Assembly: GCF_963921235.1 (NCBI RefSeq)
Contig: NC_086097.1
Coordinates: forward strand, 110,858,001-110,922,000
From: Mobula hypostoma
Taxonomy: Eukaryota
DNA: 64,000 bases
Direction: 5' to 3'
The translations under genes and the position numbers were made by a program. Shown piece by piece: positions 38,265 to 51,183 of this stretch (positions are counted from its first letter, which is position 1; each line of letters opens with the position of its first letter). Below the pieces are notes generated by a model that saw nothing but the letters and a program-made list of their open reading frames with translations, made no database searches and had not been told where the DNA came from.

Positions 38265-38492
38265 GATAGTGGAGGAAGGGAAGCCCCTTCTTTAAAAAAG
38301 GAAGACATCTCCCTCGTCCTAGAATGAAAAGCCTCATCCTGAGCGCAGATGCGGCGGAGACGGAGGAATGATAGTGGAGGAAGGGAAGCCCCTTTCTTTA
38401 AAAAAGGAAGACATCTCCCTCGTCCTAGAATGAAAAGCCTCATCCTGAGAGCAGATGCGGCGGAGACGGAGGAATAGATAGTGGAGGAAGGG
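38265..38492. repeat. About 105-bp tandem duplication (~2.2 copies) at the 5' junction of the Penelope element
   Basis: gatagtggaggaaggga starts at 38265, 38370 and 38477. Confidence 0.9.
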
Positions 38493-40207
38493 AAATTTAT
38501 GAGACAACTTTCCATGAACCAAAGCATTCTGACTATCTTTGGTCTTCAAAATGCAAATAAATCCTCAGTCAGCAGATTCCAGAACCCCTGCTAACAATAA
38601 ATGATGTCAAGCTCACCGAGTTGTCATTCCCTCACATTTTTGCTACCCTTCATAATTGAAGAAACAGTGTCTTCAGCCAGCACCAGCTCCTTTATAACAC
38701 TGATATTGTGGAGGGTAAGCGAGTCTAAAATTAGAGTACACAGGTTAAAGGTGTGAGGGGAAAGATTTAAAAGGGGACCTGATAGTGAAGAGGGTGGTGC
38801 GTATATGGAATCAGCTGCCAAGAGGCAGTGGTTGAGGCAGGTACAATAACAACATTTCAAACTCTCTTGGACAGTAATGGATGGGGAAGGTTTTAAGGGA
38901 TAAATATAGACTAATTGTGGGCATCTGGGACCAGCTTCGATGGGCACGGATAGTAGGGCCTGCTTTCATGCTGTATTACCTTATGACATTCCGCACATGC
39001 AAAGATTGATTGGAATACTTTGAGATCAACAACCATAATTTTATTAGTTTCAAGGTAGTCATGGAAAGTTAAAGTCAAGTTGAAGTCCTAAATTAGGGGA
39101 AGTCATCAGTCAGGATTTGATCCGAAAGTTGATAGGGAAAGGTAGTTTGCAGGTAAAGAGACCTGTGGCAAGTGAGGGACCATTTAAAGTGTGATTGGGA
39201 AAGTTCAAGGACAGATTGAAGGGAAAGGCTGGCAGGAGAGGGGGATCATGTCTGATGTAGGCAGGAAAAAGGTGTATGTTAGCTATAGGCAGTTAGGATC
39301 AAGCAAATTGCTTGAGTAATGTTAGGAATACACGAGAACATAAAGGAAGACAAAAAAGATAAGACATGGCTTGGGTAGATGAGGTAAAGGACAATCCTGA
39401 GAGATTCTAAAGCATATTAAAAACAAAAAGAAAGAATAGATCTCCTTAAGGATCAATGAGCTGCAGATGGGCAGTGGGTTAAATAAATACTTTGTGTCTA
39501 TCTTTAATGTTCAGAATGTCACAGAAGCTAAGGAATTAGGAGGGTGAAAGGGAGACGGGGGTTGGGAGACAGCGGGGGGGGGAGACAGCGGGGGGGGGTG
39601 GGGAGACACAGAGGAGTAGAGTACATGTTAAGCAGGATTTTAAAGCTGAAGGTAAATACAGACAGGATGAAGGAGGGAAATACAGAGCTTGGTAACTGTG
39701 GACATAACTATCATTGAGAGAGTGATTATCATTGGCAATGAAACAGACCAGAATTAATTGGTTTGGTTGCACAAGAAATGTGATTCCAGCTTATTTCACT
39801 TTCTTCAAATGAACTTGTAGCTTAAAAAGTACTGGCATGGACAACAGTACCTTCAAATATATAATCAAGCTTGAATAGCACTTCTTTTCCAGCCTACACA
39901 GTTTACACCTATAAATCCAGTTGGCTAGGACATTGTCAAAATATATGTCAATAAGGAATACAGGGGCAAAATAGTAAAGACTGTAAAATGTTCATCCCCT
40001 GCAAGTGAACAGTAAATGATATAGATTGCTATTTTCAAAGAAAATACATTTTAATTCCATATAGGCCATATGAAAATGACACAAATTGAATGGTATGAGC
40101 AAAGTCGCCCTTTAATGTAGAATCTATCCCATCTTTTGAACACACTCAAAGCAAATAATGATCAAACAGAAAAGAACAATAGCTCTTTATGTCATGTTAA
40201 ATGACAT

Positions 40208-40779
40208 ACCCGACGCAGATTGGGGGACCACTTCGTCGAGCACCTCCGCTCCGTCCGCCAAAACAGACAGGATCTCCCAGTAGCCACACACTTCAACTCT
40301 GCTTCCCACTCCCATTCAGATATGTCCATACATGGCCTCCTCTACTGCCATGATGAGGCTAAACTCAGGTTGGAGGAGCAACGCCCCATATACCGTCTGG
40401 GTAGTCTCCAGCCCCTTGGTATGAACATAGAATTCTCCAACTTCCGGTAGTTCCCTCCCCTTCCCTTCCCCTATCCCTATGTCACTCTGCCCCCTCCCCC
40501 AGCTGCCTACCACCTCCCTCTTGGTTCCGCCTCCTTCTACTACCCATTGTGCTTTCCCCTATTCTTTCTTCACCTTTCCTGCCTATCACCTCCCTGCTTC
40601 CCTTCCCCCACCTGGAACCTACCAGCCTTCTCCTTCCCACCCTCCCCCCACCTTCCTTATAGGGCCTCTGCCCCTTCCCCCTACAGTCCTGACAAAGGGT
40701 TCCGGCCCGAAACGTCGACCAATCTTTTCCACGGATGCTGCCCGACCTGCTGAGTTCCTCCAGCGTGTTGTGAGTATTG
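40208..40779 (+). mobile_element. 5'-truncated Penelope-like element, same subfamily as 13507-14297
   Basis: GDHFVEHLRSVRQ...GMNIEFSNFR plus pseudo-LTR. The hammerhead core is mutated (ctgacaa). Confidence 0.9.
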
Positions 40780-41563
40780 CGAGGACAGCATCAGGATACA
40801 TGTCCAGAGAAGATTTGATCAAAAAGAAAATTAATTAAAAATGCTGTTGTGATTTGCAAAGGTTTTACTCCCCATTCTCTCTGAACTGTAGAACAAGGCT
40901 GATATTAAAGGGTTTAACTGTCATATTGATTATTGCTGTATTCCATTCACACTCAAATTAAACAGACATGAAGTCTAGTCAGGTCAGTTAACACTGGTCA
41001 CACCACAGGTACCAGCAGAAAGTAGTAATGTGACCACCAGGAAAGGAAAAGGCAGATAGTGCAATCTTGACTGCAATTGTACAGACCTGATGAAGGGTCT
41101 TGGACTGAAATGTCAACTCTTTATTCCTCTGCACAGATGCTGCCTGACCTGCTGAGTTCCTCCAGCATTTTTTGTGTTACTCTGGATTTCCAGCATCTGC
41201 AGACAATCGTGTTTATGATAGTACAAGACTCCCCTGTGGCCATAGATATGGTGAATGCACACTATTTTCTCAGAGTTGGGGTACTAAGACTAGGGGACAT
41301 ATATTTAAAGTGAGTGAAGCAAGATTCAAGAGGAACTTGAGGGGTAACTATATGGAACCAACTGCCAGAGGAAGTGAGTGCATATGGAAGAACACTTTTA
41401 AAAGACAGTTGGACAGATAATGGACTGCTCTTGGCCGGCATCAACCAGTTGGGCCAAAGGGCCTATTTCCTCTATGACTCCATGAGTGGCCTTTCACTTA
41501 GTTGTTGATACCTTGCAAATTGTTATATTGGCTACATCAAATCATAATAAATTATAGACTCAC

Positions 41564-41650
41564 AGAGGATCGAGATTCTTCTCGTTCTAGTATCTTCTGT
41601 GTCTGATCTGATGGAAACTTCAGGACAGTAGTTATTACTTTCGCCAAAGT
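41564..41650 (-). CDS. GOLGA4: Golgin A4 GRIP domain exon 2 (TLAKVITTVLKFPSDQTQKILEREESRSS)
   Basis: 87 nt, tttcAG acceptor and GTgagt donor. Nearly identical to the recalled human TMAKVITTVLKFPDDQTQKILEREDAR. Confidence 0.95.
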
Positions 41651-41875
41651 CTGAAATATAGATATATTTAAAAAAAAATCAATTTTTAACATAATTTCAC
41701 TACAAAATAGAAAACTCTGACTTATGCAATTTATTCAGATGTGAATTCTAGACTATAAACTAGTTATCCACTTCAAACACCAAACACTCATCAGAACGTA
41801 CAATAGTTAGAGAAATAATTTGCTTAAAATTTAGGTAGTTTTATCAAAATGCTCACCATAAACAACCATTATTAT

Positions 41876-42055
41876 ATAGTGGATTCCGGTTAACTGGGAC
41901 AAATCAGGACAGGTGCATTTTGGCCCAATTAAGTAGCTACCCCAATTAGTTGAAGTTTCATGAAAATAGTCAAGGAGGTATAAAAATGACAAAACACTGT
42001 TTAACGGAGTAACAAATTATGTATTTAAATGAAATACAGAACAAATTAGAACACC
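41876..42055. mobile_element. Probable Tc1/mariner (Tigger-like) MITE end
   Basis: ta-tagtggattccggttaactgggac start resembles Tigger/pogo-type termini. Confidence 0.4.
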
Positions 42056-42868
42056 ACCAGCCACTATTTGGAGGCCTGTATACCTTGCAGTTTCTTAACT
42101 TAATCCAGGAACTTGCCACCTTACTGACACCCAGGAACTTGAAATCACCCACTTCTGATTCCTCTCTGATGACTGGTTTGTGTTCCTCGTCTTACCCTTT
42201 CTCACAATCAGTCAGATATGTCAGAAACATCTATATTCATAGCCGCAGGGAGGGGGGGGGGGTTGTGGAGGTAGTGGGGATACCCTCCCACTGTCTATTA
42301 AATGCTCCCACTGGCACGCATCTCAACTAACCTCTGATGACAACCAGTTCCAGCTCCTGGCCTTCACACATGGCTTAGCTACTGAGCCCACCAGAACTCT
42401 TTCTATTGAAAGGAGAAGGGCAAAGGCAGGTTAATGGCACCTTAAAATCAGTTGCTTCACACAGATGGGCCTGTCAGCCATGGTTGGCAGCTCATCTAGG
42501 AGAAGGAAAACTCTGATCTCAAGCCTCTGTTGCCTTGCAGCTATACCCACTCATGGGGAAAGCTTCGAGAGTAAACCCCGAGGAAAACTCCAGAGCTATA
42601 GTCCCAAAGGCAGTCCTATGTTGAGTTCAATTATGACTGGCAATTCCTGCAACACCACTGGTGCCAAATTGCACTGGTCTCTACTATTCCTTTGGATTCA
42701 TCAGCTGCGTGAAGAGGGGGAGCCGGCTACATGGGCAACAGCTTGCTCTCCATATAGGCTTGCGTGTCATGTAGACAGCTCGGACACAATATCCATGGTC
42801 AACCCCAACCAAGAGAGGGCCTCAATATCAATATGATTATCACATAACATGTTATCATTACACCATAC

Positions 42869-42969
42869 CTTAGTTTCTTTTCCCATCATGTATTCGTAGA
42901 GGACCTTCTTAAGATATTCGATCTCTGTTGGCTCAGTTATCACAGAACCATCATCAGCATAATTTCTAT
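42869..42969 (-). CDS. GOLGA4: Golgin A4 GRIP domain exon 1 (DRNYADDGSVITEPTEIEYLKKVLYEYMMGKETK)
   Basis: 101 nt, phase 1/0, consistent with both neighbouring exons. Carries the GRIP signature E-Y-L-K-K-V-L-x-E-Y-M with the conserved Tyr that binds Arl1. Confidence 0.95.
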
Positions 42970-43159
42970 CTGTTATACAAAACAAAAAACGCAAGTGTTA
43001 AGAAAAACAGATTAAGTATTCAATAATTCAAATATAAAATCATTTTATTTCAATTGACAAATACTTTAAGTGATTTGAACACGTCAGGCCATACAATCAT
43101 CACAGATAATGGATAACGGCCAAATTAAAAGTCATACAATTGTTCAATTGTTCAACAAT

Positions 43160-45252
43160 TGTTCATCCCAGTTTGGCAAAAGAATAAATCAAGGAAGGTA
43201 GTGCACCCGTGGCTGACAAGAGAAATTAGGGATAGTATCAATTCCAAAGAAGAAGCATACAAATTAGCCAGAAAAAGTGGCTCACCTGAGGACTGGGAGA
43301 AATTCAGAGTTCAGCAGAGGAGGGCAAAGGGCTTAATTAGGAAGGGGAAAAAAGATTATGAGAGAAAACTGGCAGGGAACATAAAAACTGACTGTAAAAG
43401 CTTTTATAGATATGTAAAAAGGAAAAGACTGGTAAAGACAAATGTAGGTCCCCTACAGACAGAAACAGGTGAATTGATTATGGGGAGCAAGGACATGGCA
43501 GACCAATTGAATAATTACTTTGGTTCTGTCTTCACTAAGGAGGACATAAATAATCTTCCAGAAATAGTAGGAGACAGAGGGTCCAGTGAGATGGAGGAAC
43601 TGAGTGAAATACATGTTAGTAGGGAAGTGGTGTTGGGTAAATTGAAGGGATTAAAGGCAGATAAATCCGCAGGGCCAGATGGTCTGCATCCCAGAGTGCT
43701 TAAGGAAGTAGCCCAAGAAATAGTGGATGCATTAGTGATAATTTTTCAAAACTCGTTAGATTCTGGACTAGTTCCTGAGGATTGGAGGGTGGCTAATGTA
43801 ACCCCACTTTTTAAAAAAGGAGGGAGAGAGAAACCGGGGAATTATAGACCGGTTAGCCTAACATCGGTGGTGGGGAAACTGCTGGAGTCAGTTATCAAAG
43901 ATGTGATAACAGCACATTTGGAAAGCGGTGAAATCATCGGACAAAGTCAGCATGGATTTGTGAAAGGAAAATCATGTCTGACGAATTTCATATAATTTTT
44001 TGAGGATGTAACTAGTAGAGTGGATAGGGGAGAACCAGTGGGTGTGGTATATTTGGATTTTCAAAAGGCTTTTGACAAGGTCCCACACAGGAGATTAGTG
44101 TGCAAACTTAAAGCACACGGTATTGGGGGTAAGGTATTGGTGTGGGTGGAGAATTGGTTAGCAGATAGGAAGCAAAGAGTGGGAATAAACGGGACCTTTT
44201 CAGAATGGCAGGCGGTGACTAGTGGGGTACCGCAAGGCTCAGTGCTGGGACTCCAGTTGTTTACAATATATATTAGTGACTTGGATGAGGGAATTAAATG
44301 CAGCATCTCCAAGTTTGCGGATGACATGAAGCTGGGCGGCAGTGTTAGCTGTGAGGAGGATGCTAAGAGGATGCAGGGTGACTTGGATAGGTTGGGTGAG
44401 TGGGCAAATTCATGGCAGATGCAATTTAATGTGGATAAATGTGAAGTTATCCACTTTGGTGGCAAAAATAGGAAAACAGATTATTATCTGAATGGTGGCC
44501 GATTAGGAAAAGGGGAGGTACAACGAGACCTGGGTGTCATTATACACCAGTCATTGAAAGTGGGCATGCAGGTACAGCAGGCGGTGAAAAAGGCGAATGG
44601 TATGCTGGCATTTATAGTGAGAGGATTCGAGTACAGGAGCAGGGAGGTACTACTGCAGTTGTACGAGGCCTTGGTGAGACCACACCTGGAGTATTGAGTG
44701 CAGTTTTGGTCCCCTAATCTGAGGAAAGACATCCTTGCCATAGAGGGAGTACAAAGAAGGTTCACCAGATTGATTCCTGGGATGGCAGGACTTTCATATG
44801 AAGAAAGACTGGATGAACTGGGCTTGTACTCGTTGGAATTTAGAAGATTGAGGGGGGAGCTGATTGAAACGTATAAAATCCTAAAGGGATTGGACAGGCT
44901 AGATGCAGGAAGATTGTTCCTGATGTTGGGGAAGTCCAGAACGAGGGGGTCACAGTTTGAGGATAAAGGGGAAGCCTTTTAGGACCGAGATTAGGAAAAA
45001 CTTCTTCACACAGAGAGTGGTGAATCTGTGGAATTCTCTGCCACAGGAAACAGTTGAGGCCAGTTCATTGGCTATATTTAAGAGGGAGTTAGATATGGCC
45101 CTTGTGGCTACGGGGATCAGGGGGTATGGAGGGAAGGCTGGTGCAGGGTTCTGAGTTGGATGATCAGCCATGATCATAATAAATGGCGGTGCAGGCTCGA
45201 AGGGCCGAATGGCCTACTCCTGCACCTATTTTCTATGTTTCTATGTTTCTAT
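43160..45252 (+). mobile_element. Young 5'-truncated CR1 LINE
   Basis: Nearly continuous ORF2 (ORFs of 278, 225 and 94 aa in one frame, separated by point stops); (ttctatgt)n tail. Confidence 0.95.
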
Positions 45253-46559
45253 ATGTTGAATTACATTTCTAGACATACACTAAATGGATTGTTCAGGCAG
45301 AGATTTCTCTGGAATTTTTATGAGATTTCCTTGTATTTTTTTTAAACTGTTGTAAATATAAGTATGGTTGACCTAAATATTCATCCCTGCCACCGAGGAA
45401 TCAGTCTGATGATCTTTTGCTGAAATCCTTCTGTAACAACATGCTTCATCAAATCAAGAGAGCAAAGCAGTATGCAGTACTCAAGGTGCAGTCTCACCAA
45501 GGTCTCCTACACATCACAATCAGTGCCGTTGCTTCTGGGCACAACAACATAAAATCTTGAAGTTACCTACTCCATTACTAATCATTGAAATAATCTGTCA
45601 TCTCAATTGTGTTGCAATGTCACAAACTGCATTTTGCCCAAAGATTTAAAAAAATTATTATGAATACAATTGGCTGGAAGGAGGAACCAATAAAAAAATT
45701 CACAATCAACTCCTATTACTGTATCTAGTTTCTCCCAAGTAGATAGCAGCAAACACAAGAAAATAATAAAAGGCATTCTGACAAAATATCTGAATGTGTG
45801 CATCTTGCTTAATTATTTACTGTATTCTTTCTGAGTGAGTGGCTGGTAAGGTTATGGGCAAGATACTGGCAATGCTACTCACTTGGATGGGTATCTTTTT
45901 CAGCATTGATCAGTTGGGCCTAAGGTCCTGTTTCCATGCTATATGACTTTAACTGGAGGTTTATGCTGGGCTTGAGAAAGGAAATCAAATTTCCAGTCTG
46001 TTACATAACTTTAGAATTCTTGAAAAAAAGGCAGAGTAGTAAAAGGCGACTACCTTCCATGCAAGATTAATGGTAAGCATAGCGCAACCTATCAATAAGT
46101 GTTTTGTGAGGTTTATCATAACCATCACTAGCATTTAAATACAGCTACCACAGGTTCAGCAGGCCCCTTCAGTTTTACCTGGCACTATTAATCAAATAAA
46201 CAAACAAGCTCAAAAATCATTGGACTCATCTGGGCAAACCTTGTCTACACTGTCATTTATACTCTTGTCCAATTTACTACTCTTGCAACCTCTATGTAAC
46301 CATCAACTTATTTTCTCACCTTACCAGTTCGAATGTTAGGTCTTGGACCTGAAACATTAATTCTGTTCCTCTTTCCACAAATGCAGCTTCATTGTGCGCA
46401 GTTCTGATTTCCCCCCACCATTACAGGAAGAGGTTCACCGGGATGTGCCTGGATTACACTATCAGATCTAAAGATAGATTAAATAAACTTGGATTTTGTT
46501 TTGTTTTTGCATTTTAATGGTTCAGAGCTTGCTTGTCCAATTGCAGTAGCCGGAGGAGG

Positions 46560-48895
46560 AGAGGCACTGCACTGTCCTGCTTTAAAACTAAGCAGGACAG
46601 TGCAGAGTTTTCCTCAGAATTATTGTTCCTATTAAAATAAATAGGATGTCAATGAAGACTGTGGAATGAGGGAGATCAGGGAGACTACCAACATCCCTGT
46701 GCGTCCAACTGCAGCTCCTGGGAGACCAGGTGAAGGAATTGGAGTTGGAGTTGGACATTCTCTGGAGTGGCTTGGATGATGAAAGCTTCATAGTCATGAG
46801 CATTACTGAGCTAGTCACACTTCAGGTAAAGGCTTTAGATAGTTGGGTAACCACAAGGAAATGCAAGTGGAAGACGTGTGGCCAATTTTCTCAGCAGCAG
46901 CAGCTAATCAGTGCCACTGTGGCCAGCTCTGAGGCTCAGCAGGGAAGGGTAAAGTCAAGCAGAGAAACAATGACATGCAACTCAGTAAGGGAACAAACCC
47001 TGTGGCCATGAAAGAGATGCCAGGATGGTATGTTGCCACCCAGGTGCCTAAGTCAAGGATGTCTGAGAGTGGAAGCAGGACGTGCTCAAGGGGATGGTGA
47101 GCACCAGAGGTTGTTGTGCACGCCGGTGTAAACAAATTTTTTTTGGGGGGGGGGAGAGAAGAGATGAGGTCCTATGTAGAAAATACACGGAGTTAGGAAA
47201 GTGGCTGAAAGGTAGGACCTTAGGGTAGTAATCGTTGGATTACTCCCAGTGTCACTGTGAGGGCAGGAACAGAAAGATAGAACTGATGAATATATGGTTG
47301 AGGAACTGGTGCAGGAGGCAGGTTTTCAGGATCTTTAATCATTGGAACATCTTCTGAGGCAAGTGTAACCTGTACAAGAGGGACTGCTTGCACCAATATC
47401 CTGGCTGGGAATACTGCAAGTGCTGTTCAGGAGGGTTTAAACTAGTTTTGCAGGAGATGGCAACAAGAGCACCAGCACAGAAAGTGGAAGGATTGACTGG
47501 AAGATAGATGTCATGAACAGCAAGAACAGATAGATGCAAGGAGCAATAGGGCAGATGGGTTGAAGAGTGTGTATTTTAATGCCAAGTATTATTCAAAAGG
47601 TTAATGGGCTTGAGTACATGGTTCAGTACATTTAGCTATGATGTTGCAGGTCATAATGAAGGGGGTTGAGAGGGGTACAAAAATGGTTGCTTAATGTTCC
47701 AGGGTGAAAAAAATGACGGGGGAAGATACACTATTAATCAGGGACAATATTACAGCTGCATTTAAGGGGTCATAACTGAGTCTATAGTGATAGAACTCAA
47801 AGAAAGATTAAAGACCAACTGTAGATTACAGGACAGTTATGTTCCAGTCGGGAAGGATAGACAAATTTCACAATGCCGATGATATTAACTCTGATTCAGA
47901 TTCTGACAAAGATGGCAAGGTAAGGGAAACTTGGATCTTGAGAGAGGTGGTGAATTTACTCTAGGATGCTAAAATTAAACAGTTCCATTGAGGATTATAA
48001 AGAAGTCAGAAAAGAATTAAAAAAGAGAATAAGGAAAGCCAGGAGGGGCCACAAAAAGATCTTGGCAAGTAAGATCACAGAGATTTCCAAGGTATTTTAT
48101 GCACAAATCAAGGGCAAGAGGATAACTGAACAGCAGGTAGGACCACTCAAGGACATAGGAGGGAACATGTGCTTGGAGGCAGAAGACATGGATGAGGTCC
48201 AAAGTGAGTATTATGCATTAGTATTTACCAAGGAGAAGAACAGGAAAAAGGAAGATTAGTATGGAACATGCTAATATGCTAAGGCATTTGAGAAAAAGGT
48301 GGTGTTGGGTGTAAAGAACAATAAAGAGGATAAATCAAGTTACACAGAAGTGCAAGAGTTGAGATTGCTTGGACATTTACTTATATCACTGTGTCCTTTC
48401 CAGCTACAGGAGAGGTCCCAGAAGATTGGTTGAGTTCCATTTTTCCAGAAGGGAAATAGGGATAATCCTGTAAACTCTATCCTGGCAATTCAATGGTAGG
48501 AACGTCAATGGAGAGGATTCTTAAAGTTAAGGTTCATTAATGCTTGGCAAACTATAGCCAAAATACGGACAGTCAGCATGGCAAGTTGTGTCCTACTAAC
48601 TTGATTGAGTAAGACAATAAAGGTGATTAATGAAGGTGAGCTATAGATGTTTACATAGATATTAGCAGGGTGTTTGATAAGGCTCCTCATGGGAGGCTCA
48701 TCCAGATTAAGGTGCATGAGATCAAAGGTGAATTGGACATTTGGAATCAGAATTAGTTCACCCGTAAAAGACAAGTCAGTGGTACTTATTCTAACTGGAA
48801 GTCAATAACTAATTGTGTTCTGGACTGGGACCTCTGCTGTTCGTAATTGATATATAAATGACCTTTATGAAAGTGCAGATGGATATGATACGAAG
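46560..48895 (+). mobile_element. Heavily degraded CR1 (ORF1 and ORF2 remnants)
   Basis: QLLGDQVKELELELD, esterase remnants, KARRGHKKILASKI. Confidence 0.7.
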
Positions 48896-49833
48896 AATAC
48901 ATAGAAACATAGAAAACCTGCAGACAAAACCTTCAGCCCACAAAGTTGTGCCGAACATTTCCCTACCTTAGAAAATACTAGGCTTACCCATAGCCCTCTA
49001 CTTTTCTAAGCTCCATGTACCTATCCAAAAGTCTCTTAAAAAAGACCCTATCCTATCCACCTCCACCACCGTTGCCTGCAGCCCATTCCATGTACTCACC
49101 ACTCTCTGCGTAAAAAGTTACCCCTGACGTCTCGTCTGTACCTACTCCCCAGCACCTTAAACCTGTGTCCTCTTGTGGCAAACATTTCAGTTCTGGGAAA
49201 AAGCCTCTGACTATCCACACGATCAATGCCTCTCATCATCTTATACACCTCTATCAAATCACCTCTCATCCTCTGTCGCTCCAAGGAGAAAAGGCCAAGT
49301 TCATTCAACCTATCCTCATGAGGCATACTCCCCAATCCAGGTAACATCCTTGTAACGCAAACACGAGGAAATTTGCAGATGCTGGAATTTCAAGCAACAC
49401 ACATAAAAGTTGCTGGTTAACGCAGCAGGCCAGGCAGCATCTCTAGGAAGAGGCACAGTTGACGTTTCGGGCCGAGACCCTTCGTCAGGATGAAGGGTCT
49501 CGGCCCAAAATGTCGGCTGTACCTCTGTGGTAACTGGAAAATTCTGCATTAGCAGCTCTTCTTTGCTCGCTGCTAAGAGCTCCCTGTGATGCATTTGAGT
49601 TTGCAAAGGTGTTAAAAGCTCCCCTTGATGCATTTGACTTTGCTAAGGTGTTAACAATTTATTTCTGTCAAAGCAATGCTCTTACAAGAATTGTAGCGCT
49701 ATGACTTCCAGGTCATCAAGGGAATGGCGGCGTAAGGAAAAGGTCTCTCAACAAAAAAGAAGGTAAACTGCCCCAAAATCGAATTTAGACAAATACTTAA
49801 TATTGCATAACTATATTAATAAAAGGGGCAAGG

Positions 49834-50820
49834 ATGATGTCTAAGAACAAGATTAAAAAGTCCGCTCCGAAGGCTGATAAACATAAAGAGACGCAGCAAG
49901 GCGACGGGCCTAGCTCCCCCACGGCAAGCCAGGACGGAGATAATGAGGGGGAATCGGTGACTCTGTCTTTGATTCTCGGAGAGATTCGTGAGTTCCGACA
50001 AGATAACAGCAAACAGCTGGAAGATATTAAAGGAGAAATAGTAAAAACTAACTCGTGGATAGATGAAGCCGAAGTGAGGATTGTTGGAATTGAAGAGAAG
50101 CTACAAAACGCCGAGGAAGTTATAGCAGAAATGCTGAAGCTACAAGAGCAGCTCCAGTGGAAACTAATAGATCAAGAAGGCCGCTCAAGAAGGGAAAATG
50201 TGAGGATTTACGGAGTTCCCGAAGGAACCGAAGGTAAACCCGGATTGATGATTCCCTTCATAGAGAAGCTGCTTAGAGAGAACCTTGATATACCGGCCGC
50301 AAAAGACCTACAGATAGAAAGGGCTCACCGCGCGTTGGCACCACAGCCTCCGGCAGGTGCCCAGCCCAGATCGATTCTGGTCAGATTTCTCAGTTACAGA
50401 ACGAAGGAAGAGGTGCTTAAACGGGCATGGCAAAAGAAAGGTTTCATGTGGAGCAACTGTAAAATCAGTTTAGACCACGACTACGCACCGGGGATCCTTG
50501 CCAGACGGAAGGAATATACGGAAACACGGAGGGTCCTGAAGGAAAACAACATCAGATTCCAGACCCTGTATCCAGCTCGGCTGAGAGTCTTTTACGACAA
50601 AGGGACAAAAACTTACGCTACGGTGGAGGAGGCAACGTTGGACCTGGCGGACCAGGGACTACCTATTAAAGTTATCACCCAACCGGAGTCGCTACTGGAG
50701 AGGATTCGGCAGAAGTCGTGGCAGTTAGTGGGGCGAGGACGCTCCACACGAACCAGAGTGTCAAACTACAAGGAAAAGCTGCAAATATTCAGATGCGAAT
50801 GTACAGAGAATACAGACTAA
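49834..50820 (+). CDS. L1 ORF1p (coiled coil plus RRM/CTD), intact, 328 aa
   Basis: EGRSRRENVRIYGVPE, IERAHR, PRSILVRF and LYPARLRV motifs. Confidence 0.9.
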   Translation: MMSKNKIKKSAPKADKHKETQQGDGPSSPTASQDGDNEGESVTLSLILGEIREFRQDNSKQLEDIKGEIVKTNSWIDEAEVRIVGIEEKLQNAEEVIAEMLKLQEQLQWKLIDQEGRSRRENVRIYGVPEGTEGKPGLMIPFIEKLLRENLDIPAAKDLQIERAHRALAPQPPAGAQPRSILVRFLSYRTKEEVLKRAWQKKGFMWSNCKISLDHDYAPGILARRKEYTETRRVLKENNIRFQTLYPARLRVFYDKGTKTYATVEEATLDLADQGLPIKVITQPESLLERIRQKSWQLVGRGRSTRTRVSNYKEKLQIFRCECTENTD

Positions 50821-51183
50821 TTAAGAGAAATGATTGAAAAGAGTAAATCGGACTTAAAGGTAAAATGAAAACTGGTAACTGAAAATAAACTAGGCGGAAT
50901 AACTTGAATGATAGCAATTTGGTCGAGACATAAATAGGAGAAAATTCTCTATGATTATTCAAACTGCTGAGGGCCCTCTAACACAGGGTGAAGATAGAGG
51001 TTATCCCTCTGAACTGAGGCGGGTCGGTGCTCAGGCCTCACTGTGGGAAGTTGGGAAAAATTTTCAAATGTTACACTTTCAAAAATGTCTAGGGTGTGGT
51101 TATATGTCTTGGTTTACTGTTGAGAAGGGATTGCTTACTGTTTGGTTAGAAAAGGAGAGTGTTTTTTTTTCTACTAGAGGAAA

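Larger units (their letters stand above)
37139..38492 (-). mobile_element. Young 5'-truncated Neptune-type Penelope-like element
   Basis: Intact GTYPCKRNKCYTC...FTCESTGVIHCVRCSRCGLLYIGETRRRLGDRFAEH (Zn finger plus GIY-YIG) and a complete pseudo-LTR. TSD aaatttatga at 37129-37138 and 38493-38502. Confidence 0.93.

Noticed and set aside
38265..38492. Repeats as a CRISPR-like array
   Set aside because: Eukaryotic context, no spacers, and a simple duplication of retroelement coding sequence.
37568..38527. 319-aa ORF as a domesticated GIY-YIG gene
   Set aside because: Only the C-terminal half is in the Penelope frame. The N-terminus comes from flanking DNA and the tandem duplication.
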